From an uncultured Chloroflexia bacterium (GTDB lineage Bacteria; Chloroflexota; Limnocylindria; Limnocylindrales; CSP1-4), in contig CAVORL010000006.1 of NCBI GenBank assembly GCA_963698595.1, positions 968,900 to 1,032,899 on the forward strand: a stretch of DNA of 64,000 nt, read 5' to 3'. A model generated the notes under the pieces. That model was not told where the DNA came from. It saw nothing but the letters and a program-made list of their open reading frames with translations, and did no database searches. How positions within the stretch are numbered: position 1 is the stretch's first letter; each line of letters starts with the position of its first letter. Of this stretch, positions 45,955 through 54,764 are shown in pieces. The position numbers and the translations under genes are program-made.

Positions 45955-48183
45955 TCAGGCCCGCCCGGCCGCCACCTCGTCGGCGCGGCTCCGACCGGCG
46001 AGCAGGATCAGGTCCTCGTGCAGCTCGAACCAGACGCCGTGGTAGCTGTCGACGCGCGGCGAGGCGACGTAGCGATGATCGCCCCCGGCTGCTGCCTCGG
46101 CCGCCCGGTCGAGGCGCCCCAGGTAGCCCGCGAGACGCGGCAGGCCGTCGATGAGCGGCTGCAGCCACGCGCACGCGTCTCCGTGGAGGGCGGCCAGGTC
46201 AGCGAGGACCCTCGCGTCGTAGTCCGGGTCGGTGTGGTCGTTGAAGGCCTGCGCTCCGTTGCTCTCGCGCATCTGCCAGGCCGTGACCGTCGTCTTCATC
46301 CGCTGGTCGAGGGCGATGAACCCGTCGAGGGCGGCTGCGGCACGCTCCGGGCCCCAGGCCAGACGGTCCTCGGCGATCCTCGCGGCGCCAGCCGCCTTGC
46401 CGTCAGCGGTCAGCCGGAACGCGCTCGCGGCGACTTCCGCCATGCCGTCCGCCACGAGGCGGTCCAGCAGCGCGCTCGCATCTTCGGCCGTCGTCAGGAG
46501 CGCCGCCGCCGCGGCTTCGGGCGTCGAGTAGCCCTTCACCGCGAGCGCCCGGAGCATGCTCTCGGTCGTGGCCGTCGTGGCGACTTCGGTTGCCGTGGCG
46601 ACTTCGGTTGCCGTGGCGACCCCGGTTGCCGTGGCGACCCCGGTTGCCGTGGCGACCCCGGTTGCCGTGGCGACCCCGGTTGGTGTGGCGGCGGCCGATG
46701 TCGCTGCGGGCGTCGCAGGGGCGCCGATCTCGATCCCCAGCTCGCGCGCCCAGTCAAGGAGCGTGGCGGCTTCTGGAACGATGGTCGCCGCGCCGACGAC
46801 CGCGCCGGCAAAGATCTCGCCGGTCGCCCCGTCGATCGTGATCGTGTCGCCAACGGCGAACGTCCGGCCGCCGATGACGACCACGCCGTCCGTGACGCGC
46901 ACCGACGCCGCCCCGACGACTGCGGGGATCCCCCAGCCGCGCGCCACAACGGCCGCATGACTCGCCAGGCCGCCGGTGGAGGTCAGGATCCCGACTGCGC
47001 TCGCCATACCGTGGACGTCATCGGGCGACGTCTCGGCCCGAACGAGGATGACCGCACGCCCGGATGCCGTGGCGGAGACGGCTGCGTCGGGCGTCGTGAC
47101 GATCTCACCCGACGCCACGCCGGGGGACGCGGGCAGCCCCGTGGCAACGGTCGGGCCGACGTCTCCACGGTTTACCACCGTCGTCGGCGGGTCTGCCAGC
47201 AGGCCGGCCACGCGTCGCACGGCCTCCTCGCGCGAGAGAGGGAACTCAGGGTCCTCAGCCATGTCGACGGCGATCCGCAGCGCCGCCTGCGGGCTTCGCT
47301 TCCCCACCCGGCACTGGAGCATCCAGAGCCGGCCATGCTCGATCGTGAACTCGATGTCGCAGAGATCGGCGTGGTGGCGCTCCAGGCGCGCGGCATACTC
47401 GCGGAGCTGGCGCCCCACGGCCGGAATCCTCTCGTCCAGAGCGCCGATCGGTTCGGTCTGGTGGGTGCCGGCGACGACATCCTCGCCCTGGGCGTTGAAG
47501 ATCACATCGCCGTAGACGACCGGATCGCCGGTGGCCGGGTTCCGGGTGAACAGGACCCCGGACCCCGACTCAACGCTCCGGTTGCCGAAGACCATGGCCT
47601 GGACGGTGACCGCCGTCCCCAGGTCGCGTGGAATCCCTTCACGTTCGCGATATGCCCGTGCCCGGTCGCTGTTCCACGAGCGGAAGACCGCCTCGACTGC
47701 GGCGCGCAGCTGGTCCCATGGGTTCACGGGAATGCTGTCGCCGCCGACGATGTCGCGAAACGCCGCCTCGAAGCGCAGTTGACAGTTCGCGGCGAACTTC
47801 GGGCTGCCCGACGACGCTGCGAGACCGGCCGTCGTGGCGTCATTGATGCCGAGATTGAGGATCGTGTCCATCATCCCGGGCATCGACACCGGCGCTCCGG
47901 ATCGGACGCTCACGAGAAGTGGGTTGTCCGCGTCCCCGAAGCCGTGGCCAACGAGCTCCTCGATGCGTGCCATGTGCTCGCGGAGCTCCCCGTCGAGCGC
48001 GGCCGGCCATCCTCGAGCGAGATACTCGCTGCAGGCTGCGGTCGAGATCGTGAAGGCGGGCGGCACCGGGAGGCCGAGGTCGAGCGCCATCACGGCGAGG
48101 TTCGCGGCCTTGCCCCCCAGCAGCCGCTTGACCTCCGGCTGGGGAAGGTCGAGGCGCTGGTCGCAGTCGTAGACGTAGGTCAC
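45955..48183 (-). CDS. pyruvate-phosphate-dikinase-like protein lacking the C-terminal TIM barrel; carries a repeat linker and an unknown C-terminal domain
   Basis: The N-terminus GGKAANLAVM...GLPVPPAFTIST is a PPDK_N ATP-grasp. The central swivel domain is TSTGGLASHAAVVARGWGIPAVVG. After ITIDGATGEIFAG comes (TGVATA)n and then about 250 aa with no PEP/pyruvate-binding motifs. Confidence 0.8.
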   Translation of the reverse strand: MTYVYDCDQRLDLPQPEVKRLLGGKAANLAVMALDLGLPVPPAFTISTAACSEYLARGWPAALDGELREHMARIEELVGHGFGDADNPLLVSVRSGAPVSMPGMMDTILNLGINDATTAGLAASSGSPKFAANCQLRFEAAFRDIVGGDSIPVNPWDQLRAAVEAVFRSWNSDRARAYREREGIPRDLGTAVTVQAMVFGNRSVESGSGVLFTRNPATGDPVVYGDVIFNAQGEDVVAGTHQTEPIGALDERIPAVGRQLREYAARLERHHADLCDIEFTIEHGRLWMLQCRVGKRSPQAALRIAVDMAEDPEFPLSREEAVRRVAGLLADPPTTVVNRGDVGPTVATGLPASPGVASGEIVTTPDAAVSATASGRAVILVRAETSPDDVHGMASAVGILTSTGGLASHAAVVARGWGIPAVVGAASVRVTDGVVVIGGRTFAVGDTITIDGATGEIFAGAVVGAATIVPEAATLLDWARELGIEIGAPATPAATSAAATPTGVATATGVATATGVATATGVATATEVATATEVATTATTESMLRALAVKGYSTPEAAAAALLTTAEDASALLDRLVADGMAEVAASAFRLTADGKAAGAARIAEDRLAWGPERAAAALDGFIALDQRMKTTVTAWQMRESNGAQAFNDHTDPDYDARVLADLAALHGDACAWLQPLIDGLPRLAGYLGRLDRAAEAAAGGDHRYVASPRVDSYHGVWFELHEDLILLAGRSRADEVAAGRA
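46571..46696. repeat. 18-bp in-frame tandem repeat (about 7 units) inside the PPDK-like gene
   Basis: The unit GTTGCCGTGGCGACCCCG occurs four times perfectly (46607-46678). Two units carry ...CTTCG and degenerate copies flank them. It encodes TGVATA/TEVATA hexapeptides on the minus strand. Confidence 0.95.
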
Positions 48184-48242
48184 GGAGCGGCTCCTTGAGT
48201 GCCCTCGGCCTGCCGCGCGCTGGGGGACGCGCGGCCGGCCAC

Positions 48243-49289
48243 TCAGGGCGCGACGATGATCTTGATGGCCCCGCTCGCGGGGTCGTTGAAGGTGGCGAGA
48301 GCCTGCCCGAACTCGGACAGGCTGAAGTGGTGCGTCGTGACGTCACGAACCCGCATCCTGCCTTGCTCCACGAGCGGCATGACGCGCCGCATCTCGCCCG
48401 CGGAGGCCCGCGAGCCGACGAGCTCCAGCTCGTCGAGGACGAGGCGCTGCATCGCGATCTCGACACCGACCGTGGGAATCCCGACGGCGGCACACCGACC
48501 GCCGCGGCGGAGCATGCCCAGCGCCTGCTGGACGGTCTCCGGGACGCCGGCGCACTCGAGGACGACGTCGACCCCGAAGCCGCCGGTCATCTCGCGAACC
48601 GCCGCGACGGGGTCGCCCACCGTCGCGTCGACGGTCTCGAAACCCATCGCCGCCGCCTTGGCGAGGCGCTTCGCGTTGCGCTCGATGAGGATCACCCGGG
48701 CGGCTCCACGGATCAGCGCGGCGTCGCCGCCGAGGAGGCCGATGGCGCCGGCGCCCGTGATCGCGACGGCATCGCCGGGGGCGATGTTGCCGCGGTTGGC
48801 GACGTGGAGGGCGATGGAGGCCGGGTCGATGACCGCCCCGTCGTCGAACGACAGCGCGTCCGGGAGCGGGAAGATCGTCTTGACGCCCTGCACCACGTAG
48901 GTCGCGTCGGCGCCCTGGACGCTGTGGCCGTATTGCTTGTGGAGCCCCTCGCGGCCGTAGTTCTCGCACAGGTTGTAACGGCCCTCGACGCACTTCTGGC
49001 AGACGCCGCACGCGTCGTGCGACGTGCCGGCGACGCGGTCTCCGACCCGCCATCCGTAGCGCTCGGCACCCGGACCGAGCTCCACGATCTCGCCGGCCCA
49101 CTCGTGGCCCGGGATGAACGGGAAGGCCGGGGGCCAGAAGCCCGGGTAGTCGCCCCGCACGATGTGGGCGTCCGTGCCGCAGATGGAGACCGCCCGCACG
49201 CGCGCCAGGACCTCACCCGGTCCGGGTACCGGCACCGGGACTTCCTGGATCTCGAAACGGCTCGGCTCGAGGACGACGAGCGCCTCCAT
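48243..49289 (-). CDS. zinc-dependent medium-chain alcohol/polyol dehydrogenase (paralog B)
   Basis: From ATG 49289 (MEALVVLEP). It has the same motif set as paralog A (SICGTDAH, GHEWAGEI, CGVCQKCVEGRYNLC). It lies in inverted orientation relative to 43552..44607. Confidence 0.9.
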   Translation of the reverse strand: MEALVVLEPSRFEIQEVPVPVPGPGEVLARVRAVSICGTDAHIVRGDYPGFWPPAFPFIPGHEWAGEIVELGPGAERYGWRVGDRVAGTSHDACGVCQKCVEGRYNLCENYGREGLHKQYGHSVQGADATYVVQGVKTIFPLPDALSFDDGAVIDPASIALHVANRGNIAPGDAVAITGAGAIGLLGGDAALIRGAARVILIERNAKRLAKAAAMGFETVDATVGDPVAAVREMTGGFGVDVVLECAGVPETVQQALGMLRRGGRCAAVGIPTVGVEIAMQRLVLDELELVGSRASAGEMRRVMPLVEQGRMRVRDVTTHHFSLSEFGQALATFNDPASGAIKIIVAP

Positions 49290-49312
49290 GGTTGCGGGCA
49301 CGGGAACCTCCT

Positions 49313-50203
49313 TCAGATGACGGCGACCGGGTCGACCATCGACCCGGTCGCGCCACGGATCTTGAGTGGCAGGGCAACGAACAGGAACTCGTAGATCCGC
49401 TCGCGAGCGAGCGCCTCGAGATCCAGGCTTTCCATGATGTAGATCCCGTTCTGGATCAGCAGGAGCGTGTGGACCGGCTGCGGGTTGCCGGTGGGTCCGG
49501 GGTCCGGGGCGGGCTGGACCTCGTACGTCTCCGTGTCCGTGCCGGTCGCGACCACGCCCCGCCCAAGGAGCCAGCGCGCGGCGGAGATGTCGGGTCCTGG
49601 CGTCTTGTGGGCGGCCATCGCCTCGGCGTCGGGCCACAGGCTCATGTATCCGGTTCGGATCGCGACGACGTCACCGGCGCGGACGTCGACACGCTGCGCC
49701 ACGCAGATCGCCTCGAGCTCCGCGGCGTCGATCGGCGAGCCCTTCGGGAGGCAGGGGACCTGCCGGTGGCCCGCGGCGTCGAGGAGGACACCGCGGGTGA
49801 AGAACGGCGGCAGCATGGCCGCATCGAGGTGCGTCGGGCCGAAGTCCGTGAGGTGCTCGTCGGCGTTCCCGCCTCCGTACCAGTGCATGTCGTCGCCCAC
49901 CGTCATGTGGGCCAGCGCGTCGATGTGGGCGCCGGAGTGCGACGTCGCCATGACGTACTCGGCCATGTAGCCGAGCCCAGCGTCGTTCACGGGTCCCCAG
50001 GGCTGGGCGCCGGTGACACGGATCCCTCGCGGGGTCCGGTAGTTGAGGACCTGAAACGGCGGGTGGCCGGGAAAGAGCGGCATCCCCGGGTAGCGGACGG
50101 CCGCCATGGGGATCATCCGCCCCTGGCGGACGAGCCCGGCCGCGCGAACCACCTCGTCGGGTGTCTGCTTGCCGATGGGTCCGATGTCAGATGGCGTGGT
50201 CAT
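49313..50203 (-). CDS. cyclase-family protein (arylformamidase/KynB-like fold)
   Basis: SHSGAHIDALAH fits the HxGTHxDxPxH metal-binding motif of the putative cyclase family. Confidence 0.75.
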   Translation of the reverse strand: MTTPSDIGPIGKQTPDEVVRAAGLVRQGRMIPMAAVRYPGMPLFPGHPPFQVLNYRTPRGIRVTGAQPWGPVNDAGLGYMAEYVMATSHSGAHIDALAHMTVGDDMHWYGGGNADEHLTDFGPTHLDAAMLPPFFTRGVLLDAAGHRQVPCLPKGSPIDAAELEAICVAQRVDVRAGDVVAIRTGYMSLWPDAEAMAAHKTPGPDISAARWLLGRGVVATGTDTETYEVQPAPDPGPTGNPQPVHTLLLIQNGIYIMESLDLEALARERIYEFLFVALPLKIRGATGSMVDPVAVI

Positions 50204-50228
50204 TTCCGGCCCTCCCTGGTCGAGGTGC

Positions 50229-52481
50229 TCATGGGCGATCCCGCAGGGCCCGCCAGACGCGTTCCGGCGTGAGGGGCAGATCGCGGATGATCGCGCCCGT
50301 GGCGTCGCGCACGGCCGCGGCGACGGCCGGCGCGACGCACAGCAGCGCCCCCTCGCTCATGCCCTTCGACCCGTAGGGACCCGGCCCATCCTCGTTCTCG
50401 ACGATCTCGCTCACCATCTCGAGGGGCAGGTCCATGCTCGTCGGGATCCGGTAGTCGATCGCCCCCAGGTTCCGGATCCGACCGCCGTCGTCGAAGAGGT
50501 AGTGCTCCATGAGGGTGTGCCCGAGGCCCTGGATCGCCGCGCCCTCGTCCTGCATCCGCACCTGGAGCGGGTTGATCGCCTTGCCGACGTCCGACACCGT
50601 GACGTGGCGCACGAGGGTGATGTCCCCGGTCTCCTCGTCGACTTCCGCCTCGATCGCCGTGCAGTTGAACTCGAAGAACGCCGCCCGGCCCTGGAGCGGA
50701 TGATCGGGCTCCGCCTCCTTGCGCATCTCACCGACCCCGATGATCTCCCCGCCCAGCCGGCCGAGGCCGACCTCGAGGACATCGCGGATCGTGACCTCGC
50801 CCTCCGGGAGCCGCACGACGCCGCGGTCGACGACCACGGACGCCTCGTCGACTTCGTGGACACGGGCAGCCAGCGCCCGAAGCTTGCCCTGGATCTCGCG
50901 GCAGGCTGCCAGCACCGAGTTGCCCATGAGGACGGTCGAGCGGCTGGCCGATGTCTGCTGGTCGTACGGGACGACCGCGGTGTCGCCCATGACGACCGTG
51001 ACCCAGTCCAGCGGGGCGCCGAGCTCCTGGCCGGCAATCTGGGCGAAGACGGTGCGGGCTCCCTGGCCCATGTCGGACGTGCCCGCGTAGACCACGACGC
51101 TCCCGTCACCCAGCAGGCGCACCGTCGAATACGACAGGCCCGTGGTCGGCCCTGACTTGATGCCGATGGCGATCCCACGCCCGCGGCCGGCCGGCGTCGG
51201 AGTCCCCCACCCGATCAGCTCGGCAGCACGCCGAACCGTCTGCTCCCAGTCGCCGTCAGCCGGGGTGTCCCACGGGATGAAGGCCTCCCCCTTGCGGGCG
51301 AGGTTGCGCAGGCGGAGCTCGAGGCGGTCGATCCCGAGCGCCCGAGCGCCCTCGTCGAGGTTCGATTCGACGGCCCAGTTCACCTGCGGGTTGCCGAAGC
51401 CGCGGAAGGCGGTGGACGGCAGCGTGTGCGAGAGGACGGCACGAGCCAGGACGCGGACGTGGGGGATGCGGTACGGGCCCGCCCCCAGGTAGCTCCCCTT
51501 GGCGACGACCCGATCGGCGATGTCCGCGTACGCGCCGATCAGATAGTTCGCCTCGACGTCCTGGAACGCCAGCGTCCCATCTGTCCGGAAGCCGGTCCGG
51601 ACGCGGACCTCCGAGGCAGCCCGGCGCGCCGCCTGGAACGTCTCCTCGAGGGTGAGCACGAGACGCACCGGCCGGTCGGCCCGCAGCGCCATGAGCGCGA
51701 CGAGGGGTTCGTACTTCGCGTGCTGCTTGCCGCCGAAGCCGCCGCCGGGATCGGGCGCGTAGACTCGCACCTTCGACAGCGGCAGCCCGAGGAGCGTGGC
51801 GAGGATCTTCTGGAGCCAGTTCGGATGCTGGATGGAGCTCCAGCAGGCGATCCCGTCGCCGTCGGGCGCCGCCATGAACGCGTGGGGCTCGATCGCGAAG
51901 TGGGTCACGATCGGGAAGTCGTAGCGATGCTCCACGACGAGGTCGGCGGTCGCGGTGTCCACGTCGCCCCAGCCCACGCGGTGCTCGCGCAGGACGTTGC
52001 TGCTCGCGAGCGGATCGCCCGGCCGGAGCAGCGAGTCCTGGACGAGGGGTGCGCCCGGGTCGAGCGCCGCCGCGATGGTCACGACGGCCGGGAGCTCCTC
52101 GTACTCGACCCGCACGAGTCGAGCCCCCTCCTCGGCCGCATCCTTCGTGTCGGCGGCGACGGCGGCGACGGGGTCGCCGTGGTACTTCGTCTCGCCGACC
52201 GCGAGCACGGGCCGGTCCTGGAACTGGGGCCCGAAACGCGGGACGGGCTGCGGCAGGTCGGCGGCGGTCGTGACGAGGCGCACCCCCGGAACCTGCAGGG
52301 CGGCGCTCGTGTCGATGGCGAGGATCCGGCCGCGCGCGACGGGGATCGTGACGAGCTTCGCGTGGAGCTCGTCGGCCAGGTGGATGTCCGCAACGTAGCG
52401 CTGCAGGCCGGTCACGCGGTCGCGGCCCCCGACACGCTGGGGCGACTCGCCCACCCGGGCCGGACGGATCGCGGCACTCAC
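50229..52481 (-). CDS. molybdopterin-dependent hydroxylase large subunit (xanthine dehydrogenase/CoxL family)
   Basis: GTG 52481 overlaps the small-subunit stop (GTGA). It has the blocks GGGFGGK and AFRGFGNPQ, and shows no CODH-type AYxCSFR motif. Confidence 0.88.
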   Translation of the reverse strand: MSAAIRPARVGESPQRVGGRDRVTGLQRYVADIHLADELHAKLVTIPVARGRILAIDTSAALQVPGVRLVTTAADLPQPVPRFGPQFQDRPVLAVGETKYHGDPVAAVAADTKDAAEEGARLVRVEYEELPAVVTIAAALDPGAPLVQDSLLRPGDPLASSNVLREHRVGWGDVDTATADLVVEHRYDFPIVTHFAIEPHAFMAAPDGDGIACWSSIQHPNWLQKILATLLGLPLSKVRVYAPDPGGGFGGKQHAKYEPLVALMALRADRPVRLVLTLEETFQAARRAASEVRVRTGFRTDGTLAFQDVEANYLIGAYADIADRVVAKGSYLGAGPYRIPHVRVLARAVLSHTLPSTAFRGFGNPQVNWAVESNLDEGARALGIDRLELRLRNLARKGEAFIPWDTPADGDWEQTVRRAAELIGWGTPTPAGRGRGIAIGIKSGPTTGLSYSTVRLLGDGSVVVYAGTSDMGQGARTVFAQIAGQELGAPLDWVTVVMGDTAVVPYDQQTSASRSTVLMGNSVLAACREIQGKLRALAARVHEVDEASVVVDRGVVRLPEGEVTIRDVLEVGLGRLGGEIIGVGEMRKEAEPDHPLQGRAAFFEFNCTAIEAEVDEETGDITLVRHVTVSDVGKAINPLQVRMQDEGAAIQGLGHTLMEHYLFDDGGRIRNLGAIDYRIPTSMDLPLEMVSEIVENEDGPGPYGSKGMSEGALLCVAPAVAAAVRDATGAIIRDLPLTPERVWRALRDRP

Positions 52482-52954
52482 CGCCCGCCGTCCTCGGCGA
52501 TCGCGAGGACCGCCTCGCTGATCTGCCCGTAGCAGCCACAGCGGCACAGGTTGCCCGCCAGGCCCTCCTGGACCTCCTGGACCGTCGGGTGGGGGATCCG
52601 CGCGAGCAGGTCGTCCGCCGCCATCACCTGGCCGGGGATGCAGAAACCGCACTGAACGGCGCCCTTGTCGAGGAACGCCTCCTGGAGCGGGCTCAGGCGG
52701 CCCTCGGGTGCCAGGCCCTCCGCGGTTGTCACCTCGCCACCGTCGGCCTCGACCGCGAGGACGAGGCACGAGTCGACGATCCGGCCGTCGAGGCGCACGG
52801 TGCAGGCGCCGCACTCCCCCACGAGACAGCACTCCTTCGTGCCGGTGAGGTCGAGATCGTCGCGCAGGACTTCGAGCAGCGTGTGGTGCGCGGCGACCTC
52901 GAGCGCACGTCGGCGTCCGTTCACCGTCACCTGGATTGGGATCACCTGGGTCAT
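52478..52954 (-). CDS. (2Fe-2S)-binding small subunit (CoxS-like)
   Basis: CLVGECGACTV and the CGFCIPG...CRCGCY cysteine clusters. Confidence 0.9.
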   Translation of the reverse strand: MTQVIPIQVTVNGRRRALEVAAHHTLLEVLRDDLDLTGTKECCLVGECGACTVRLDGRIVDSCLVLAVEADGGEVTTAEGLAPEGRLSPLQEAFLDKGAVQCGFCIPGQVMAADDLLARIPHPTVQEVQEGLAGNLCRCGCYGQISEAVLAIAEDGGR

Positions 52955-52958
52955 CTCG

Positions 52959-53822
52959 TCACTCTCCCGTCGCCAGCCGCTGGATCGCCGTGCGCAGGGC
53001 GCGAACCCCGAGCACGCGGAGCATCGCCAGGCGGTATTCGGGGCTCGCGCGCATGGAGCGCGGCGACGGGCTGGCGGCTGCGAGCATCCGCTCGAGGATC
53101 GGCGCCTTCGCGGAGTCGGGCGCATCCGGGTCGGCCAGCACGCCGCTCTCGTCGACGGCGAGGACAGGCCGCGGCCCAACGCTGCCGTAGGCGAGCCGGG
53201 TGACACCTGCCGTGTCCACGCCGCAGCACAGCGTCACCGAGGCGAGGTCGTGGCCGCGCCGGCGGGTGCGTCGCACGTGGACGGCACCCATGGGACGCCC
53301 GGGCACCGGGAGCTCGATCGCTGTGACGAGCTCCCCTGCCGCCAGCGTGGTCTGACCCGAACGGACGAAGAAGTCCGCAACCGGGATCCGCCGGGTGCCC
53401 ACCGGCCCGACGGCGACCACCTCCGCGCCATAGACGAGCAGCGAGGGCGCGGCGTCGGCGGCGGGGGACGCATTGCACACATTCCCGGCGAGGGTCGCCC
53501 GGTTGCGGATCTGCACGGACCCCACCACGGCGGCCGCCTCGGCCAGCGCCACGAAATGCCGGTGCACGACCGGGTCGGCCGCGATGTCGGTCATCACGGT
53601 CGTGGCGCTGATCACGAGCCGCCCGTCCTCCTCGCGGATCGCGGGCTGCAGCTCCGCGATCCGCTTGAGGTCGACGACAAGCTCCGGCTTCAGCGTCCCG
53701 TCGCGGAGGCGGATGACGAGGTCGGTGCCCCCCGCCAGGACGCGGGCCGCTGCGCCGTGCTCGTGGAGCATGGCGACCGCCTCCGCAAGGGAGGTCGGGC
53801 GGGCGTAGGCAAACGGGTGCAT
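52959..53822 (-). CDS. FAD-binding medium subunit (CoxM-like)
   Basis: LAGGTDL and the ATLAGNVCNASPAAD FAD-binding blocks. Confidence 0.88.
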   Translation of the reverse strand: MHPFAYARPTSLAEAVAMLHEHGAAARVLAGGTDLVIRLRDGTLKPELVVDLKRIAELQPAIREEDGRLVISATTVMTDIAADPVVHRHFVALAEAAAVVGSVQIRNRATLAGNVCNASPAADAAPSLLVYGAEVVAVGPVGTRRIPVADFFVRSGQTTLAAGELVTAIELPVPGRPMGAVHVRRTRRRGHDLASVTLCCGVDTAGVTRLAYGSVGPRPVLAVDESGVLADPDAPDSAKAPILERMLAAASPSPRSMRASPEYRLAMLRVLGVRALRTAIQRLATGE

Positions 53823-53839
53823 GCTGGCGGCCTCTTCCC

Positions 53840-54727
53840 CTACAGGATCCGCTCGACCTCGTCCAGGAGGACCTGGGGGGTCGCAGCCCGGATGAAGTAG
53901 AAGGGCCGCTCGCAGAAACGGGCCACGAAGTCCGCGCGCCGCCGCCGCAGCTCGTCGTTGTCGACCATTGGCATGACGTGCCCGGGGGCGAGCAGCTCGT
54001 TCGTCAGGAAGTAGTTCTGCAGCGAGTGCAGGAACTGGAACTGCCGCTCGAACGGGATCAGCTCGTTGGTCGCAGGATCGAAGTTGCCGTCGATGGCCGG
54101 GACGATGACGAGGTCGATGTTCGGCTCGCCGTCGAACATCCCCCAGCTGGGCATCTCACCCCAGAACTTCTCGACCCCCCGGTTCGGGGCGGCCTTGTCG
54201 GACCGCTCCGTGCCCTCGGTCCGCTTGCGGAGGAAGGTGTCCACCGAGCCCATGACGGCCCGGCCGCTCTCGTCGATGACTGTCGTCTCCGAGGCCACCT
54301 GAAGGGCGCCCCGGACCCCGGCTTCGATGAGGCCCATCGACTTGCCGTGGTTCGACTCGCCGCCGAGGAAGACCAGCGTCTTCCCCCGGTAGTTGACCGC
54401 CGCGCTGTGAGACGGGTGGAGCCCGACGGCTTCCATGCGCAGCGCGAGGATGGCGACGATGACCTTCTGGATGGGACCTGCCGGCCACGGGCCGGTGAAG
54501 GTGACGACGCGCCCGTCGTAAGTGACCTCCTTCGCTCCATCTCGGTGCCAGACGATGTCGGGCGTCTCCAGCGTGATCTCCGGGGAGATGCGCACGTCGG
54601 CGAGGCGGTAGTTGAGGAAGGTCAGATCGTCGAGAACGTGCTCGCGCGGCTCGCCGCCGTGCACGTCCACTCGGAGGCGGGCCGTCCCGGCCGACATCTC
54701 TTCCGAAAGCTGGAGCTGGTCGTTCAT
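53840..54727 (-). CDS. hypothetical protein with an HPr-kinase-C-like P-loop
   Basis: From ATG 54727. LVFLGGESNHGKSMGLIEAGVRGALQVASETTVI (nt 54338-54364 for the P-loop) parallels the HprK motif G-x-S-G-x-GKS...L-[VI]-[AS]-D-D. Confidence 0.6.
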   Translation of the reverse strand: MNDQLQLSEEMSAGTARLRVDVHGGEPREHVLDDLTFLNYRLADVRISPEITLETPDIVWHRDGAKEVTYDGRVVTFTGPWPAGPIQKVIVAILALRMEAVGLHPSHSAAVNYRGKTLVFLGGESNHGKSMGLIEAGVRGALQVASETTVIDESGRAVMGSVDTFLRKRTEGTERSDKAAPNRGVEKFWGEMPSWGMFDGEPNIDLVIVPAIDGNFDPATNELIPFERQFQFLHSLQNYFLTNELLAPGHVMPMVDNDELRRRRADFVARFCERPFYFIRAATPQVLLDEVERIL

Positions 54728-54764
54728 GGTGTCCTTTCGCGTGGTGACTGAGAAGGTGAGGCAG

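Noticed and set aside
46571-46696. Considered the 18-bp and 14-bp (32521-32567) tandem repeats as CRISPR-like arrays.
   Set aside because: The units are directly adjacent with no unique spacers, are far shorter than CRISPR repeats, and one array is in-frame coding sequence. No cas genes are present in the window.
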